From Paraspadella gotoi (taxonomy: Eukaryota > Animalia > Chaetognatha), in NCBI GenBank assembly GCA_051294375.1, contig JBJCIZ010000028.1:186001-250000 (forward strand): DNA of 64,000 bases. The letters run 5' to 3'. Below the pieces are notes generated by a model. It ran no database searches and was not told where the DNA came from. It was given only the letters and a program-made list of their open reading frames with translations. Both the position numbers and the translations under genes were made by a program. Positions 13,072-27,800 of the stretch are shown here, in pieces (the first letter of the stretch is position 1; each line of letters starts with the position of its first letter).

Positions 13072-15239
13072 CTGAGAGAGAAGAGATGGATTGATTGATT
13101 GACTGATTGATTGGCAGATTGGATTGATGTATTGATTGACAAATCGGATTGATGTATAGATTGATTGATTGATCTATTGATAAACTTAATAATGAGTTAA
13201 TTGAATAATCGATGAAAAGATTGATTGATGAAATGATTAATTCGTAAACTTAATAATATCTTGACTCATTGATTATTCTATTGATTGATTGATTATTCTA
13301 TTGATTGACTGATTGGCAGATTGGATTGATGTATTGATTGACAAATCGGATTGATGTATAGATTGATTGATCTATTGATAAACTTAATAATGAGTTCATT
13401 GAATAATCGATGAAGAGATTGATTGACGAAATGATTAATTCGTAAACTTAATAATATCTTGACTCATTGATTATTCTATTGATTGATTGATTATTCTATT
13501 GAATGATTGGCAGATCGGATTGATGTATTGATTGATTGACAGATCGGATTGATGTATAGATTGATCGATTGATCTATTGATAAACTTAATAATGAGTTAA
13601 TTGAATAATCGATGAAAAGATTGATTGATAAAATGATTAATTCGTAAACTTAATAATATATTGACTCATTGATTATTCTATTGATTGATTGATTATTCTA
13701 TTGATTGACTGATTGGCAGATTGGATTGATGTATTGATTGACAGATCGGATTGATGTATAGATTGATTGATTGATCTATTGATAAACTTAATAATGAGTT
13801 AATTGAATAATCGATGAAAAGATTGATTGATGAAATGATTAATTCGTAAACTTAATAATATTGATTATTCTATTGATTGATTGATTTACAGATTGGATAA
13901 TTTGTTGAACGATCGATTCAACGCTTGATTGATTAAACTGATTTATTGAACGCTTGTTTAATTTATTCGATTTCATAGATGGACTTATTGATTATTTACT
14001 CAATTGGTTGGTTGATTGATTTATTTAGGTATTCCTTACTTTATTCAAAATTACTGTAGTTTATAATTTACCCACCTGTAAATAATAATTTAATAATATA
14101 ATTTAATAATATATAATCTACCCACCTGTCCCAAACTATCTTCCACCTTCTCCTCCGTGATTCCCAAATCGTAGATGTCGCTGTACGAAATCACCACTGG
14201 CTTCGCCTCTTCAACTGTCAACGATATTATTTAAAATATACTCATTTAAATCAGTAAATTACTAAAGACTAGTATATAAAATATTTGGCCCCAAAATCCC
14301 CCCCGTTTCATCTTAATTTTTTTTTAGGTTTAAATGTTGTGGTTAGGGATTATGGTTATTTAGATATTAAGATTAAGAAATTTAAAAGATTTAGAGATCG
14401 GGGTTAGGGATTTGGTTAGGGATCAAGATTAAAAAACTGGGGTTTAGGTTGGAGATTGAAAATTAAGGTTTTGGGTTAAGGGTTTGGCAATACCTGATGA
14501 GGGTTAGATATTATTACAATTAAATTCAGGGATTAGGGAATAGAAATTGGATCCTTTTAGAAAATAGAGCCAAATATTATACATCACATAGTAACCGATT
14601 CAGACGATTAAGCCGAACCTCACCTTTCAAAGCTCATGAACTTACCCGTGAGGTACCCGTCTTGATCCGCGTCTTTCAAGTACAACGCGTTGGCCAATTT
14701 GGCGAATCCGATCGTCCAGTCTTCCGTTCTGAAAGGTAAGGTTTAAGGTTTAAGGTTTAAGGTAAGGTTTAAGGTAAGGGTTAATAAAAGCTCAAAGGGG
14801 TTTAATTCATTTAATTAAAGAAGGTAAAAGAAGAAAATAATATATCCTGATTGTGGGAAAGTTGATAATTATATTTTGGCCTATTTTGAAAATGATTTGA
14901 ATGACCCTTTTTCTTAAGTTGATAAATCGATCTAATCAAACATAATCGATCAATAAATCTTTTTTCAAAAACTCCCAAGTTTTAAAACCTCGATGACACA
15001 TTTTCAATCGGCTCGACTTACGTTTCAACTTTCAATCAATCATTCGGCAAACCAATCATTCAATCAATTTCTTAATACAATAAGTAAAAATCTCAATATC
15101 AATCAATCAATTCGATTTCCTAACCTGCTAGACTTTTTTCATGTTTTTATCAATCAATCAATCAATCAATCAATATAACTCCACAATAAAACTCCTCTTT
15201 TCCACAAATTTCCTAACCTGCGAGACTTTTTTATGTTTT

Positions 15240-15271
<32 letters not shown>

Positions 15272-15604
15272 CCCCACAATATAACACCTTTATACCGCAA
15301 ATTTCCTAACCTGCTCGACTTTTTCATGTTCTTCATGAGGCGAACCGTCATGGTGCCGCTTTGAACGATCGAATTGGGGGCGAGTGGAGCGTTGAGGGTT
15401 GAGGGTCCGCTGCCGACTCCGCCGCCGCCGCCGCCGCCGCTGCCCATGGCGCCGCCGCTGGGCTGAAGGAAGGTGAAGGCGCCGGACGCGTCGTTCTTGG
15501 TTCCTTTGCCCATGGTCATGGTGCCCAGCTGAAAGGGAGAGAGGGAAGAGAGAAGAGATGAGAGAGAGAGAGGGAAGAGAGAGGATAGAGAGGGAGAGAG
15601 GAGG

Positions 15605-15693
<89 letters not shown>

Positions 15694-15725
15694 GAGGGAG
15701 GGAGAGAAGGGAGGGAGAAGAGAGA

Positions 15726-15769
<44 letters not shown>

Positions 15770-15814
15770 GAAGGCAGGAAGGAGGAGGATAGAGAGAGAA
15801 GAGGGAGTGAGGTT

Positions 15815-15851
<37 letters not shown>

Positions 15852-18800
15852 AGAGAGCAGAAGGGAGGAGGAATGAGAGAGAGTAGAGAGGGAGTGAGTT
15901 TGAAGAGTGTACATCTCTTTTTTCTTTCTTTCTTCCTTCTTCGTTTCTCCTTTTTCACTTTTCTTTCTTTCTCTTTGTTTCTTTGCTTTTTTCTCCTCTC
16001 TCTCTCTTCTTCTTGTTTCCCTCTCTCTCTCTCCCTCTCTCTCTCTCCTTTCCAGACATCTCACTGACCTCTTCATCTCCAAAGGAGGGATGTCGATTCT
16101 CTTTACAGATGTTTTTCCTGAAGACGACGAAGCAGACGACAGACGTGAGAAGAAGAAGAACGACCGTGAATCCAGTGAGAAGTAAGATGCCAAGCATGTT
16201 GTTGCCTGGAGGAAGCAATCAAACAGTTGATCAATCAATCAATCATTTGATCGATAAAGCAGTTAATCAATTATTTAAACAATGAAGAAGTTAATCAATC
16301 AATAAATCAATCTAGCAATCAATCAATCAAGCATTCGAACGATGAAGCAATTAATCAATGAGTTAATCAATCAATCATTCAAACAATGAAGCACGAAATT
16401 AATCAGTCCATCCATCAATAATTTTAACAATAAAGCAGTCAATCAAATATTTAAACAATGAAGAAGTTCATCAATCGATCAATCAATCTAGCAGTCAATC
16501 AATCAAGCATTCGAACGATGAAGCAATTAATCAATAAGTTAAGCAATCAATCATTCAAACAATGAAGCACGAAATTAATCAGTCCATCCATCAATAATTT
16601 TAACAATAAAGCAGTCAATCAATTATTTAAACAATGACGAAATTAATCAATCAATAATTCGAACAATCTAGCAATTAATCAATCAGTCAATCAATCGCTT
16701 AATCAATCTGTCAAACATTAGATTGGTTTTACCACGAACAGCCAAATTAATAATCAAAACAACAACAACGAGTTCCAACTGACCCAGAATCGGTTTTCTG
16801 TCTCGATCGTTGGGATAAATCGCGTCTTGTTGCATATCGGAAATTGTGACCACCATTTTCTTCTCCGTTCTGCCCGCGACGCTGCTCACCTGAGAAGAGA
16901 GAGTGACGAGTTGGAATCATTGTACTAATGTAATAAAGATTTAACAGTTGCTGATGAGACTGAAAATCCGAAATCTCATTTGCATATTGCAGCAGTTTAG
17001 ATCATTTTCCGTATCATTTTATTTAATCTTTTTTCTTAATTTTATATAATTTTCTACGAGTACTTTTCGTACTTCCTACCAATGAATTAGCTCTTCGGAT
17101 AATATTTCGGCATTTCACCGTAGAATTTGTGGTTACATTTTCGTCAAGTGCGACGGGAACCGAAAATGAACTCGTGAAACGAAACGACATTTTTTTTTCC
17201 CCAAATTTACCTTCAAAAGAATCGCCATCGTTTCCAATCCGTATTTTTCGGGTTTAAACTTGAATTCGACGCGAACTCCGTCTGTTTAAAACAAAATGAC
17301 AACGTTTGTTAAAAACAAAATAAATATATAATAAATACATAAAATATATATTAAGAAATAAATCATAAATAAACTTTGTTACGCCGGTCATGACTTGACA
17401 CGACCGTGGCCGTCGGACGCCGACGACGGGAGAGATCCGCGTCGTGCCTCGCCCGTTTTACGCGAAGAAAAATATCGAATGTGAAGACGATATCATGATT
17501 ATTTTTTATTTTAGAACGTCGCGGGAGGCAAATTGAGTTGCTTCGAGAGCCCCGGACGTACACGTTTTTAACCATATATTGGTGGTTTATATTTTAAACT
17601 CGTTTTTACCTCACGTTTTATCTTTTTTTACTCGTTAATTCGCGTCGCCATTTTTAATTGTGAAAGAATAAATTTACCAACGCGTTCCAAATTCTGTATC
17701 GTCTATCTCGAAACCAAAGTCAGCCAACGAAAATTAGAAATATTAAGCTCGAAGCACAAACAAACTTACTGGCGATTTCGGTCATGAGTTCCGGAGCTTG
17801 ACGACTATCGAGGTCGTTCTCCACGTACCTGATGATTGATTGATTGATTAGATTAATTGATTGATTGATTTGAATTGATTGATCATTGATACTAACTCAC
17901 CAGGAGATGTTGAGCGGCGGCGGAATCGGACTCAGTAAATGTTGCATCCGATCTTATCATTCCGTCCTCTCCCTTTTTCGTTCGGATCTTTAAGGGGAGG
18001 ATGGATGAATTTTATTTTCAACAATTCTTTAATTATTTCACTTTTTTTTTAGTTTAAAATAAATATTGATTGGGCAGGTTTTTTTTCTATTAAAATATAT
18101 TCTTTTTATCATAAATATTGATTCCGATATCCTATTCTATGAATCTAATCCTTCTTAATCTAATTCCTTCTGCCAATTATAATCGATCTTTACTTACATT
18201 TTTGGTGCAGGCGATTTCAGGTGGTCGAATGATGGTGACAGTGACTTCACGTTTAATCACCTGATAGGGAAAAATTAATAAATCAATCAATAAGTTAAAA
18301 AAATGATTTATTTAATCTTTAAATCTATTAACAAATAAACTAATAAATCAATAAATCTACAATTCACCTTTCTCGAACTCACCCTCCCCTTAAAAACTCG
18401 CCTGATTCGTCGAGGGGTCGATAACTTCGAGGAGAACGGGCGACTTATCCTCCAACTTTGTCTCCAACGTGCTGTCGACCACGAACCCCACCTGGTAATT
18501 ATGATCTTTTATTTACAATCACGTAAATTAAAATTGATATTTTTATCAAAGCGAATTAAACTTTTAAGCGATAAAAATTCCCATATCTTAAAGGGGAATC
18601 ACTGTGTTTATAAATAATCCATTGTAGAAGACGAAAATAGTAATAATAAAAGTGAGAAGAAGGTGAAGAATTGTGACGATGTAAGAGAAGTAGAAAAGAA
18701 GTGAGACGAGCTCTCTCCTCACCATAAATCGTTGGGACATCATGTAACGAACTAAATTTTCACGCAAGAATAACAATAATAATAAAAATAATAATAACGA

Positions 18801-21800
18801 TAAATTTAGTAATTATAATAAGAATAATAGTAATAATATTAATTATAATAATTATAAATATAATCATTAAACAACTTACGTCAAGGCCGCCGTCTCGTCT
18901 GTTGGACACCTGAGTCTGCATCTGATCTTCGCCGACCTGAGACATAAAATTGAGGGTTATCTACTGCTTGCTTGCTTGCTTGCTTTCTTGCGTGCTTTAC
19001 AGTCATCATTATAACGAGTAACCATGATTCAAAACAAGTTATTTTTTTTAAAAAACATTAAAAATCCTTATATAGTCGCAATATACTGTTGTATTTAAAT
19101 TTTTACTCTTTTTTTTTATTTTTCTTTATTTTTTTCCCCTTTTTTTTCTTCTTTTCTTTTTTCTTCTCAATCATCGACTCACCTTCCAAGTGATTCCGGC
19201 GTTGCTAGGCAACGGATTTCCTCTCACGACGCAGCTGACGGATTGAGACTTTTCGCGAGGTTTGATCATCACTGGATAAAGCGAAATGATTAAAAAGTTT
19301 ATTTGGTTTGCGAATGAATTAATACGTTATAGTTTTCTTCGAGTAATAGGAGAAACGTGTCTAATTTTCGAATTTTTGGCTCGGAACAAAAATTTACCAT
19401 GACAAGAGCGGTTTCAAGCGCGTCACGCATCTCTTTAATCAATGTACGTTCAAAAATTTCATTTGCATATTGCAGTCCAAAATATTTTTATACTTTAAAC
19501 TAATCCAAAAGTCATTCATAATAACCCAATTTAAAAATATCAAGTAATAAAACATTCTACGCATCCTTAGCACAATATATTAGATGCAACGGTTTGGGGA
19601 AACTCGTTTTTCTTACAACCAAAGACGTCGGGGCGAAAATGGAAAGGTCAATAAAAAAAGCATCTGATTGAATAATAAAATAAACTAAAAAAGTTTAATT
19701 CGTAAAATGACATATCCATTAAATTTTAGAATCTTACGTTTAAAAAGTTTCAACTTTTTAACGTTTTTGTAATATTTCTTATATACGTTGATACTTCATA
19801 TATCAATTTCCTATTTCATTTTTCCGTATTTTAGCCGTGATAACGTAACAAAAAGGTTATTCAATTTTACGAATACACGTTCTAATCTAACATCAACAGC
19901 TGCCACTAGCAGCGCCCGCAACAGCTTCATCAAACAAGCATCCACATCCAGCTGCGGCAGCCTCAGCCTCAGCCGCGGCGGCATCGACAGCAGCTCTCCT
20001 CTCACCCGCGGGCGGACATTCGATCTTCGGCTCGAATCTCACGTCGAGGACGCCGAAGGAGCAAGAGGGCGGCTGCGTGCCGGCTTTGAGGTGTGTGTGG
20101 CGGACGGAGCAGGTCAGTTCTTTGCCCTGTTGGGGGGGGGGAGAGGAAGAGAGAGTTAGGGTAAGTGCACTATCGCAGGTACTAAAAATGGGTTGGAAAG
20201 AATAGTGCCAAGGTGTGAAAGAAACCACGCGGTAGAAAACGGAACGTATCGGGGGAAAAAAAAGTAGATAATGAATTCAAAATGTCAAACCGGGAAAAAC
20301 TGAACATCAAATTGAGAAGGAAAAAGCAAATAAAATGAAACTTAAACAACCGGATTGGACTTTTACTTACCTTATCCAAAGGAAGTCTATTTTAAATAGT
20401 AATTTAAAAAAAAATCAAATGAACAAAACTAAATTAATAATATTCAATGTAAATAAACAAACCGAAAAACAAAAAAAAACGAAGCACGAAAGCAAAAACA
20501 AAAGACTAATACTGTTTGTTTAAAGAAATTAAAGACAAAATAACAAAATTAAAAACAATCAAATAATTTAATCAATAATAAACCCCCCCAAAAAAAAAAC
20601 AATGAAGAAAGAACGGATAATAAATTTTAAAAAATTAAACCGAATAAGCAAATCATAAACGAAACGAAAAAAACAAAACTAAATAATAAAACAAATTAAA
20701 ATAAAAATGAAACAGTAATGAAAACAAATTAAAATTACAAACATCGCACCTGATCCGCGTAACGAGCGACGTAATCCAAATGAGACGCCATCTTTCCCGA
20801 GTCGTCGTTCGTCGGCGCCGGAAGCGTCTCGTTCCCGAGGCGCCAAACGATTTCCGCGGCGCCACCGGAAGTCAAGTCCGTTACGTTGGCGCCGCAACGG
20901 AAGGCGCGGGCGGCGTCTTCCGTTATCGTCATCTGGGGAGTGGAGGGAGTAGAGAGGACGGGAGGGAGAGGAGAGAGAGAGGAGAGAGGAGAGAGCGAGA
21001 GAGGAGAGAGGGAGAGAGGGAGAGAGAGAGAAGAGATGAGAAGGAGGAGGAGTGAGGGGGAGAGAGAGAAGAGGGAGAGAAGAAGGAGGAGGAGGAGAGA
21101 AGAAGAGAGAGGAGGAGGGAGGGAAGAGAGAGGGGGCAGGGAGGGAGCGGAGCAGAGAGAAGAGAGCAGACAGAGAAAGAGAGACAGGAAAAGTGTAAGG
21201 GAAACATTAATATTTAGAAATTATCTCTAAAAAAAATCTTAATTGACATTTCTTAATTGAAAATTATGCCTAATTAGCAAAAGACCAAACTACATCCCCT
21301 CGGTCGTCCAACATCACTTTTTTATCCATCAACCTCCGTCCCTTTTTCAACAGCACCAGCATCATACCCCCTCCACCCCGGGACTCACCTCGGCCCTCTC
21401 GCATTTCGGGAGACCCAAGACGGTGAGATGGAATTGGTGAGACTTTTCACCGTCGCAGACGAACTTTCCAGCGTCGCTGCTGCGGACGTCGGTGATCGTC
21501 AGGGTGTAGAGGGTCCCTTCCTTCTTGAAGGTGTACCTGATATTATTGGGGTGTGGAAGAGGGGAGGGGAGAAAGAGAGGAGGGGACCAAAGAGGGGATG
21601 GGGAAGAGAGGAGAGGAGAAAGAGAGGAGGGGAAGAAAAGACGTTAAAATACGAACATTACGAAGACATTATAACCTTTAGTTGCTTCGGTTTTAGTTGG
21701 TTGGTTGTTTAAATTAGTTGGTTGTTGGTAAGATGGTAGTTTGGTTGGTTTGATGACTGGCTGATTGGTTGGTTGCTTGCTTGCTTGGTTTGTTGGAAGC

Positions 21801-24800
21801 CTATTTGGTTTGTTTAGTTGTTTGATTGTTCGTTGGGTTCGTTGGCTGCATGTCTGATAGGCAGGTTAGTTGTTTTGGTTCGTTGGTTGTACAGTTGATT
21901 GGCAGATTGATTGATCGTTCGACCGATAGGTTCGTTTGTTTTTTGGTCGTTATTGACGACAACGACGACGACGACGACGACAACGACCGTTATGATGATG
22001 AATGGAGTTTAGATGATACATGAAAAGATCTGACAATATAAAATTCAAAGCGAAATAAATTTTCGGGTGAACAACTGAATGTTGAATGTTGATCGACTCT
22101 ATACTCCGTGAATCAGAAATAACTGATTCAACCGCGCTTCAACTTCAATTACCGATCACCAATGACAGATTATCATTTCGTCAAAACTAGGTTCAATTGA
22201 TCGTCTTATCGACAATACTATGATTCAAATTCTTTTACCGCTCATCATCGAATCTGGCCAGTTTTCGGACCCCGACGGCTAAGTTTCTGACGTCCGCATT
22301 TCGGATCAAAGTCCAAACCGGAGCCTCGTCGGCGCCGCAGGAAAATCGAGCCGCGGCGCCGGATACGACGCCGACGAAGACGTCCGGCGCGGTTGACGAC
22401 GCCGAGAAGGAAACGAGGAGTAAAAAGATCGAAAATACGAGAATTGACTTCATGGTGAAGGAGATTTAAGGGGAGAAAAGAATTTCAAGTATAAATATTA
22501 GGAATGAGAAAGACGAGTAGAGACATCTCGAGTCGGCGGGAGAAACAAAGAAAGACGCGGGGAAAACAAATGGCAAACGGAAGGATTTTAAGAATAGTGA
22601 GAACTCGGCGAGTTGTAGCGGGATGATTCTGAAAATTTAGCTAATTTGTAGAGAACTTACCTTTTGAAAGAAACTTATAATAACTTTTTTTAGAATTTTG
22701 CGAGAATATTACTATTTTTTCCACTTTTATTATCGTATTTATTTTATGTCTATAAGGCGAAGTGATTTTCAGAAGCGTTCATTAAGTATCGGAGACTGGT
22801 CCGATTTAAAGATTGCTATCAAAAGTAATTGAAATACAGAAACAGTTTACAGAGTTGACGATTCATTATTATTTAGGTTTTAAACAAGAATAAATACCAC
22901 TACATCACTGAGGCGACGATACACGGTATGTTCATATGGTTATAACCGACCGATAAAAAAAAATGACCAAAAAGAAAACGAGGTGAACAAACGACAAATA
23001 TAATCAAAAAGAAGAACCTTTCTTCATTAAAGTTGCTCTGTTTTCTGCCTCCGCTAACAGCACCATTTTTGATTATCATAGTACTCTCATTCTCATCACG
23101 TCTCATCCTCTTCATATACCAGTAACTACTACTCATTATCATACTTCCTCAAACAGCCAAAATCCTATCACCATTTGTAGGACTAGTATCTGTGCTTAAA
23201 CATACTCTCACACCAAACACAGGTATGGATCATAAAAAGTTGAGTCCAATCAATATAAACAATGCATCGGCCTCCCTCTCATCTCTGGTTGTTATTCTTA
23301 CCTCCCACGAACACCAGATAAAAAAAAATTACATACCATCACTGCCACCTAACCTCAAAGAAACACACTCCCTCGAGGTAAATCAAACACTTAACAAATG
23401 TATCTCATCAAAGCAATCACGAACATTGCCTTATATTCCCATTCAATATAAAGCCATTGCCCTCCATCTACTTGATTTGTTCATCTGTCCTCGAATCCGA
23501 CGGCCGGATGCGTTTGCAATTCCTTCTTAGATTCCCAGTATTCATAGCATCCAAGGATAGACGACGGGAAAAATCGCATTGGAAAGTCGATTTCCGAACC
23601 TCCCAAAATTTAAAACCGAGAGAGGAATTTTGAATTATATTCCCCTCGATTCGCCAGAAGAAAATCGGGACGAGAAAGATAAGAAATAAAGAAATCGAGG
23701 AAAGAGAATAACATTTTCCTATTTCTATTGAACTCTTAGAAAAAAATGGTTGTCGTTTTAAAATAGAAATGTAAGGAGGAGGGGGGGGGAGAGAGGATGA
23801 AAATGAATAAAGGTATCAGTCACCAAAAACTAATGGAGAAGGGTGACTTTGAAAGAAGACCGCTCCGCGCGGAGAGAAAAAATTATGACTGACGGCTGAT
23901 CCGATCAGTGACCAAATCAGATGATATAAGGACTACTAAGCGGGCGGAAAAGAACCGAGAAAAAACAATGAACCTTGCGGTTGACGAAGAAGTAAGATTC
24001 TGTAAAATGTATTTGTAAACGTGACCGGTCGCGGGAAAATAAAGGTACAATATCCTAAAAATTATTATAACAAGTATACCAGTTAAATGGTAAAATAGAT
24101 TATCCACAAATGGAAATTTGTTATAAAATAAACTAGACCAAGTTCAAAAAGTTAGAATACAGTTCTCTACAACAATAGTTAAAGCATGAACCCAACCGGG
24201 TCATTATTTGAACCGTCGTGCATAAATAAAAAACGACAAAGGGACCCAACACAGAAGGATCATAATTAAGAACCGTTACAAAATTCTACAATACATAACA
24301 ATGACACATACCATTTCGTCCATCAAGTTTGCCCGTTTCGTCACTGTCCAAAAAAGATTCCGACTACCCTGTTCTTTGTTTTTTGCTATTTCATCCCACA
24401 TTGGAATGACCGAAGAATCCGCAAACAAACCTCGACAGTTGACTTGATAGCGACGACCTCTGTCATTCGTNNNNNNNNNNNNNNNNNNNNNNNNNNNNNN
24501 NNNNNNNNNNNNNNNNNNNNNNNNNNNNNNNNNNNNNNNNNNNNNNNNNNNNNNNNNNNNNNNNNNNNNNNNNNNNNNNNNNNNNNNNNNNNNNNNNNNN
24601 NNNNNNNNNNNNNNNNNNNNNNNNNNNNNNNNNNNNNNNNNNNNNNNNNNNNNNNNNNNNNNNNNNNNNNNNNNNNNNNNNNNNNNNNNNNNNNNNNNNN
24701 NNNNNNNNNNNNNNNNNNNNNNNNNNNNNNNNNNNNNNNNNNNNNNNNNNNNNNNNNNNNNNNNNNNNNNNNNNNNNNNNNNNNNNNNNNNNNNNNNNNN

Positions 24801-27800
24801 NNNNNNNNNNNNNNNNNNNNNNNNNNNNNNNNNNNNNNNNNNNNNNNNNNNNNNNNNNNNNNNNNNNNNNNNNNNNNNNNNNNNNNNNNNNNNNNNNNNN
24901 NNNNNNNNNNNNNNNNNNNNNNNNNNNNNNNNNNNNNNNNNNNNNNNNNNNNNNNNNNNNNNNNNNNNNNNNNNNNNNNNNNNNNNNNNNNNNNNNNNNN
25001 NNNNNNNNNNNNNNNNNNNNNNNNNNNNNNNNNNNNNNNNNNNNNNNNNNNNNNNNNNNNNNNNNNNNNNNNNNNNNNNNNNNNNNNNNNNNNNNNNNNN
25101 NNNNNNNNNNNNNNNNNNNNNNNNNNNNNNNNNNNNNNNNNNNNNNNNNNNNNNNNNNNNNNNNNNNNNNNNNNNNNNNNNNNNNNNNNNNNNNNNNNNN
25201 NNNNNNNNNNNNNNNNNNNNNNNNNNNNNNNNNNNNNNNNNNNNNNNNNNNNNNNNNNNNNNNNNNNNNNNNNNNNNNNNNNNNNNNNNNNNNNNNNNNN
25301 NNNNNNNNNNNNNNNNNNNNNNNNNNNNNNNNNNNNNNNNNNNNNNNNNNNNNNNNNNNNNNNNNNNNNNNNNNNNNNNNNNNNNNNNNNNNNNNNNNTC
25401 GAAAGCTTTGATGCCTTTCATTCCCTCTTTGTCCCAGTATTCATGCATCCATAATAGGAACCAGAGAAATCGCATGATAGTCGATTCTCGAATCTTCTCT
25501 CCGTCGACTGTAGCTTCACCAATGAGGAAAAAAGTAGAGAAAAGAGCGACAAATATGGAGGAAAACATGATTACTGTAGACACGGACGTAGGAAGCCTTT
25601 CGCTCAGAAAAAGGAGTATAACAATATTAGAAAAGAGACGGGTTGCGCCGCCTTGAATTGACGGGTGGAATCAGAGATTGAAGAAGAAATGCGGAAAACA
25701 AAAGGCGTCGAAGGAAGGCATTCTGTGGCAACGAGTAGTTTTAATTTTCTTACGATAGATGATAAGTTAAAATATTGTGTGTGGATAAAAATATTGCGTC
25801 AATTGAAAAAGATAAAAGGTTCGCCCATTCATGAAACCGCGTAACATTTTCAATGTTATACTGGCAATGAATATAATAAAATCGCGTTGAGAATTTTTAA
25901 GAAAATTTAGCACAGTTAAAATTCAATTTTTTCAATTATATTGTCTTCGGCGTCGTCGTCGTCGTCTTAGATGTAAACACTTAACACTTCTCTTAAATAA
26001 TAATGCTAATGTGAATATAACGCCACACTAAAATAAAATACCACACCATCTGACTTTTAGAACACCACATATCAAAGTATCATTCTTCGCCACCTGTCGT
26101 CTTGAAAATTGGCCTGTTTCTTCTCGCCAAAGGCCATCCCTCTCATTCTCGTCTGCGTCCGACTCTGACGCAACCAAATCGGAATTGTGACGGAGACGCA
26201 GGAAAATCGGACCCGCGTTTCCATGGCGACGACTCGGACTTCGTCTTCGACGTCGGAGGAAACGACGACGACGACGACATGAGACGAAAGAAGAAAAATC
26301 GTGAAAAAGAAAAGAAGTTTCGTCCTCGGCGTCATTTTTAAAGGGTTAAAGATATTCTGAATGAATACAAAGGTTTACAAAAAGGACCGGTAGCGCCGCT
26401 AATGGTCGAGCGGCGGAATTACGCGGAAGAAGAGTTGGGAAAGAAACAAAAGACGGGGAAAGGAACCGATTTGAAACGAAAGATAAGGCAGGAGAGGATG
26501 AGCCGAGTATAAAAGTGTGTCTTCTGATTCACTTGTAAAGTGTAACGTTCAATCTCAAAAGATTTTTAGACCGAGTCCCGTTTTGTAATAAAAATCGGAA
26601 AAAATAAATTAGCTAATTCTTCGGATTAATTCTTTCGGTCAAAACCGAAGTCGTCTTTCTATAGCACCAATTGGGAAAATGATATATGTTATATGGAGTA
26701 ATTAAAACAGATATTAAAATAACAATACTTAAATGCTATAAAGGAAAGAATAACAAATAAAATTTTAGAAGCAAACACGCTCGAAGCAGAAAAAACATAA
26801 TAAATATTTTATAAAACAAATTGTTAAATAATAACCCCAAAATGATAGAATTATAACAATAATAATCAACATTACCGCACGTCCTTAAATCTCGACATTT
26901 TCTTGTCTCCANNNNNNNNNNATTTGGAATCAGCATATTGTCCTCTTTCAAACCCATTCATTTTCCTAAATATTTTAATTAGTTTTAAGACTATGATATA
27001 TTTTTATAATTTTCAAAAAATATTTTTGGTATTTAAAATAGTTTTTGTAAATTTAATTTTTTTTTATTAAAACTGGTCTTCTTCAAAGTATCATTTTGTA
27101 TAAAAATGGAATTAATTACCTTGCACCTTTTAAGAATACTCTTGAATTTTTTTTTGAGTGATTTAATTTTTAAAACAAAAAAAATAAAATTAATTCAAAA
27201 ATTTTATTACATCATTATGTAGGCCTCGTCTCGGAGTATTTATGAGCAAAAAATGATAGGACAAGCTTCATTAATAACCGCGTTAGAGCAAATATTGTAA
27301 AAAAAAATTTTGGGGTGCTGAGCGCAATTTTTTTGAATTTTTAAAAATCCTTCAAACGGGCAATAAACCTAACGTTCCTGCATCTATTACTCAGAGCTGA
27401 GCTGATTTCAACTCCTAGTTTGAGAGATATCCATTCCCTCAACTTTTTCGAGTAAAGAAAACGCGTGCTGTAAGAAATGGAAGGCGAAATTGAGAGAGAG
27501 ACATTTTTAAGACGAGGAATCGGAGGAAATAAGGAGAAATGGAATAGAAATCTTTGTACTGCGAAGATGAGAGAGACGGGTAGAGACATCTCGTGGTGGT
27601 TTTAGGCAGTTTTTCCTGACGACGGAATATGTTGGCAGAAACAAAAGATCTCGGGAGAAACGAAATTCGAGAATATTGTTTTAACATCAAAAATATTAAA
27701 AAGCGTACATCATTTCTGATTTCTATAAACGTACACATGTCAATGTAAATAAAAAATAAGCCGAAAGTAAGACAAGGGAATTTCGCTTTAAGGAATAGTA

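Noticed and set aside
14621-14645. Alternative GTGAGG donor 22 nt past the EF-hand exon
   Set aside because: It is out of phase with the next exon and would destroy the EF loop; the upstream GTAAGT is a perfect consensus.
14325-14785. TTAGGG-like and AAGGTTT repeats
   Set aside because: Short, degenerate and intronic; not a telomeric array.
15290-16238. Overlapping 169-240 aa ORFs
   Set aside because: They are translations of an intronic (GA)n tract; the real exons are 16069-16205 and 15311-15528.
16977-19475. Octamer ATTTGCAT sites (also near 61398)
   Set aside because: Expected by chance in AT-rich DNA and not positioned consistently relative to the cassettes.
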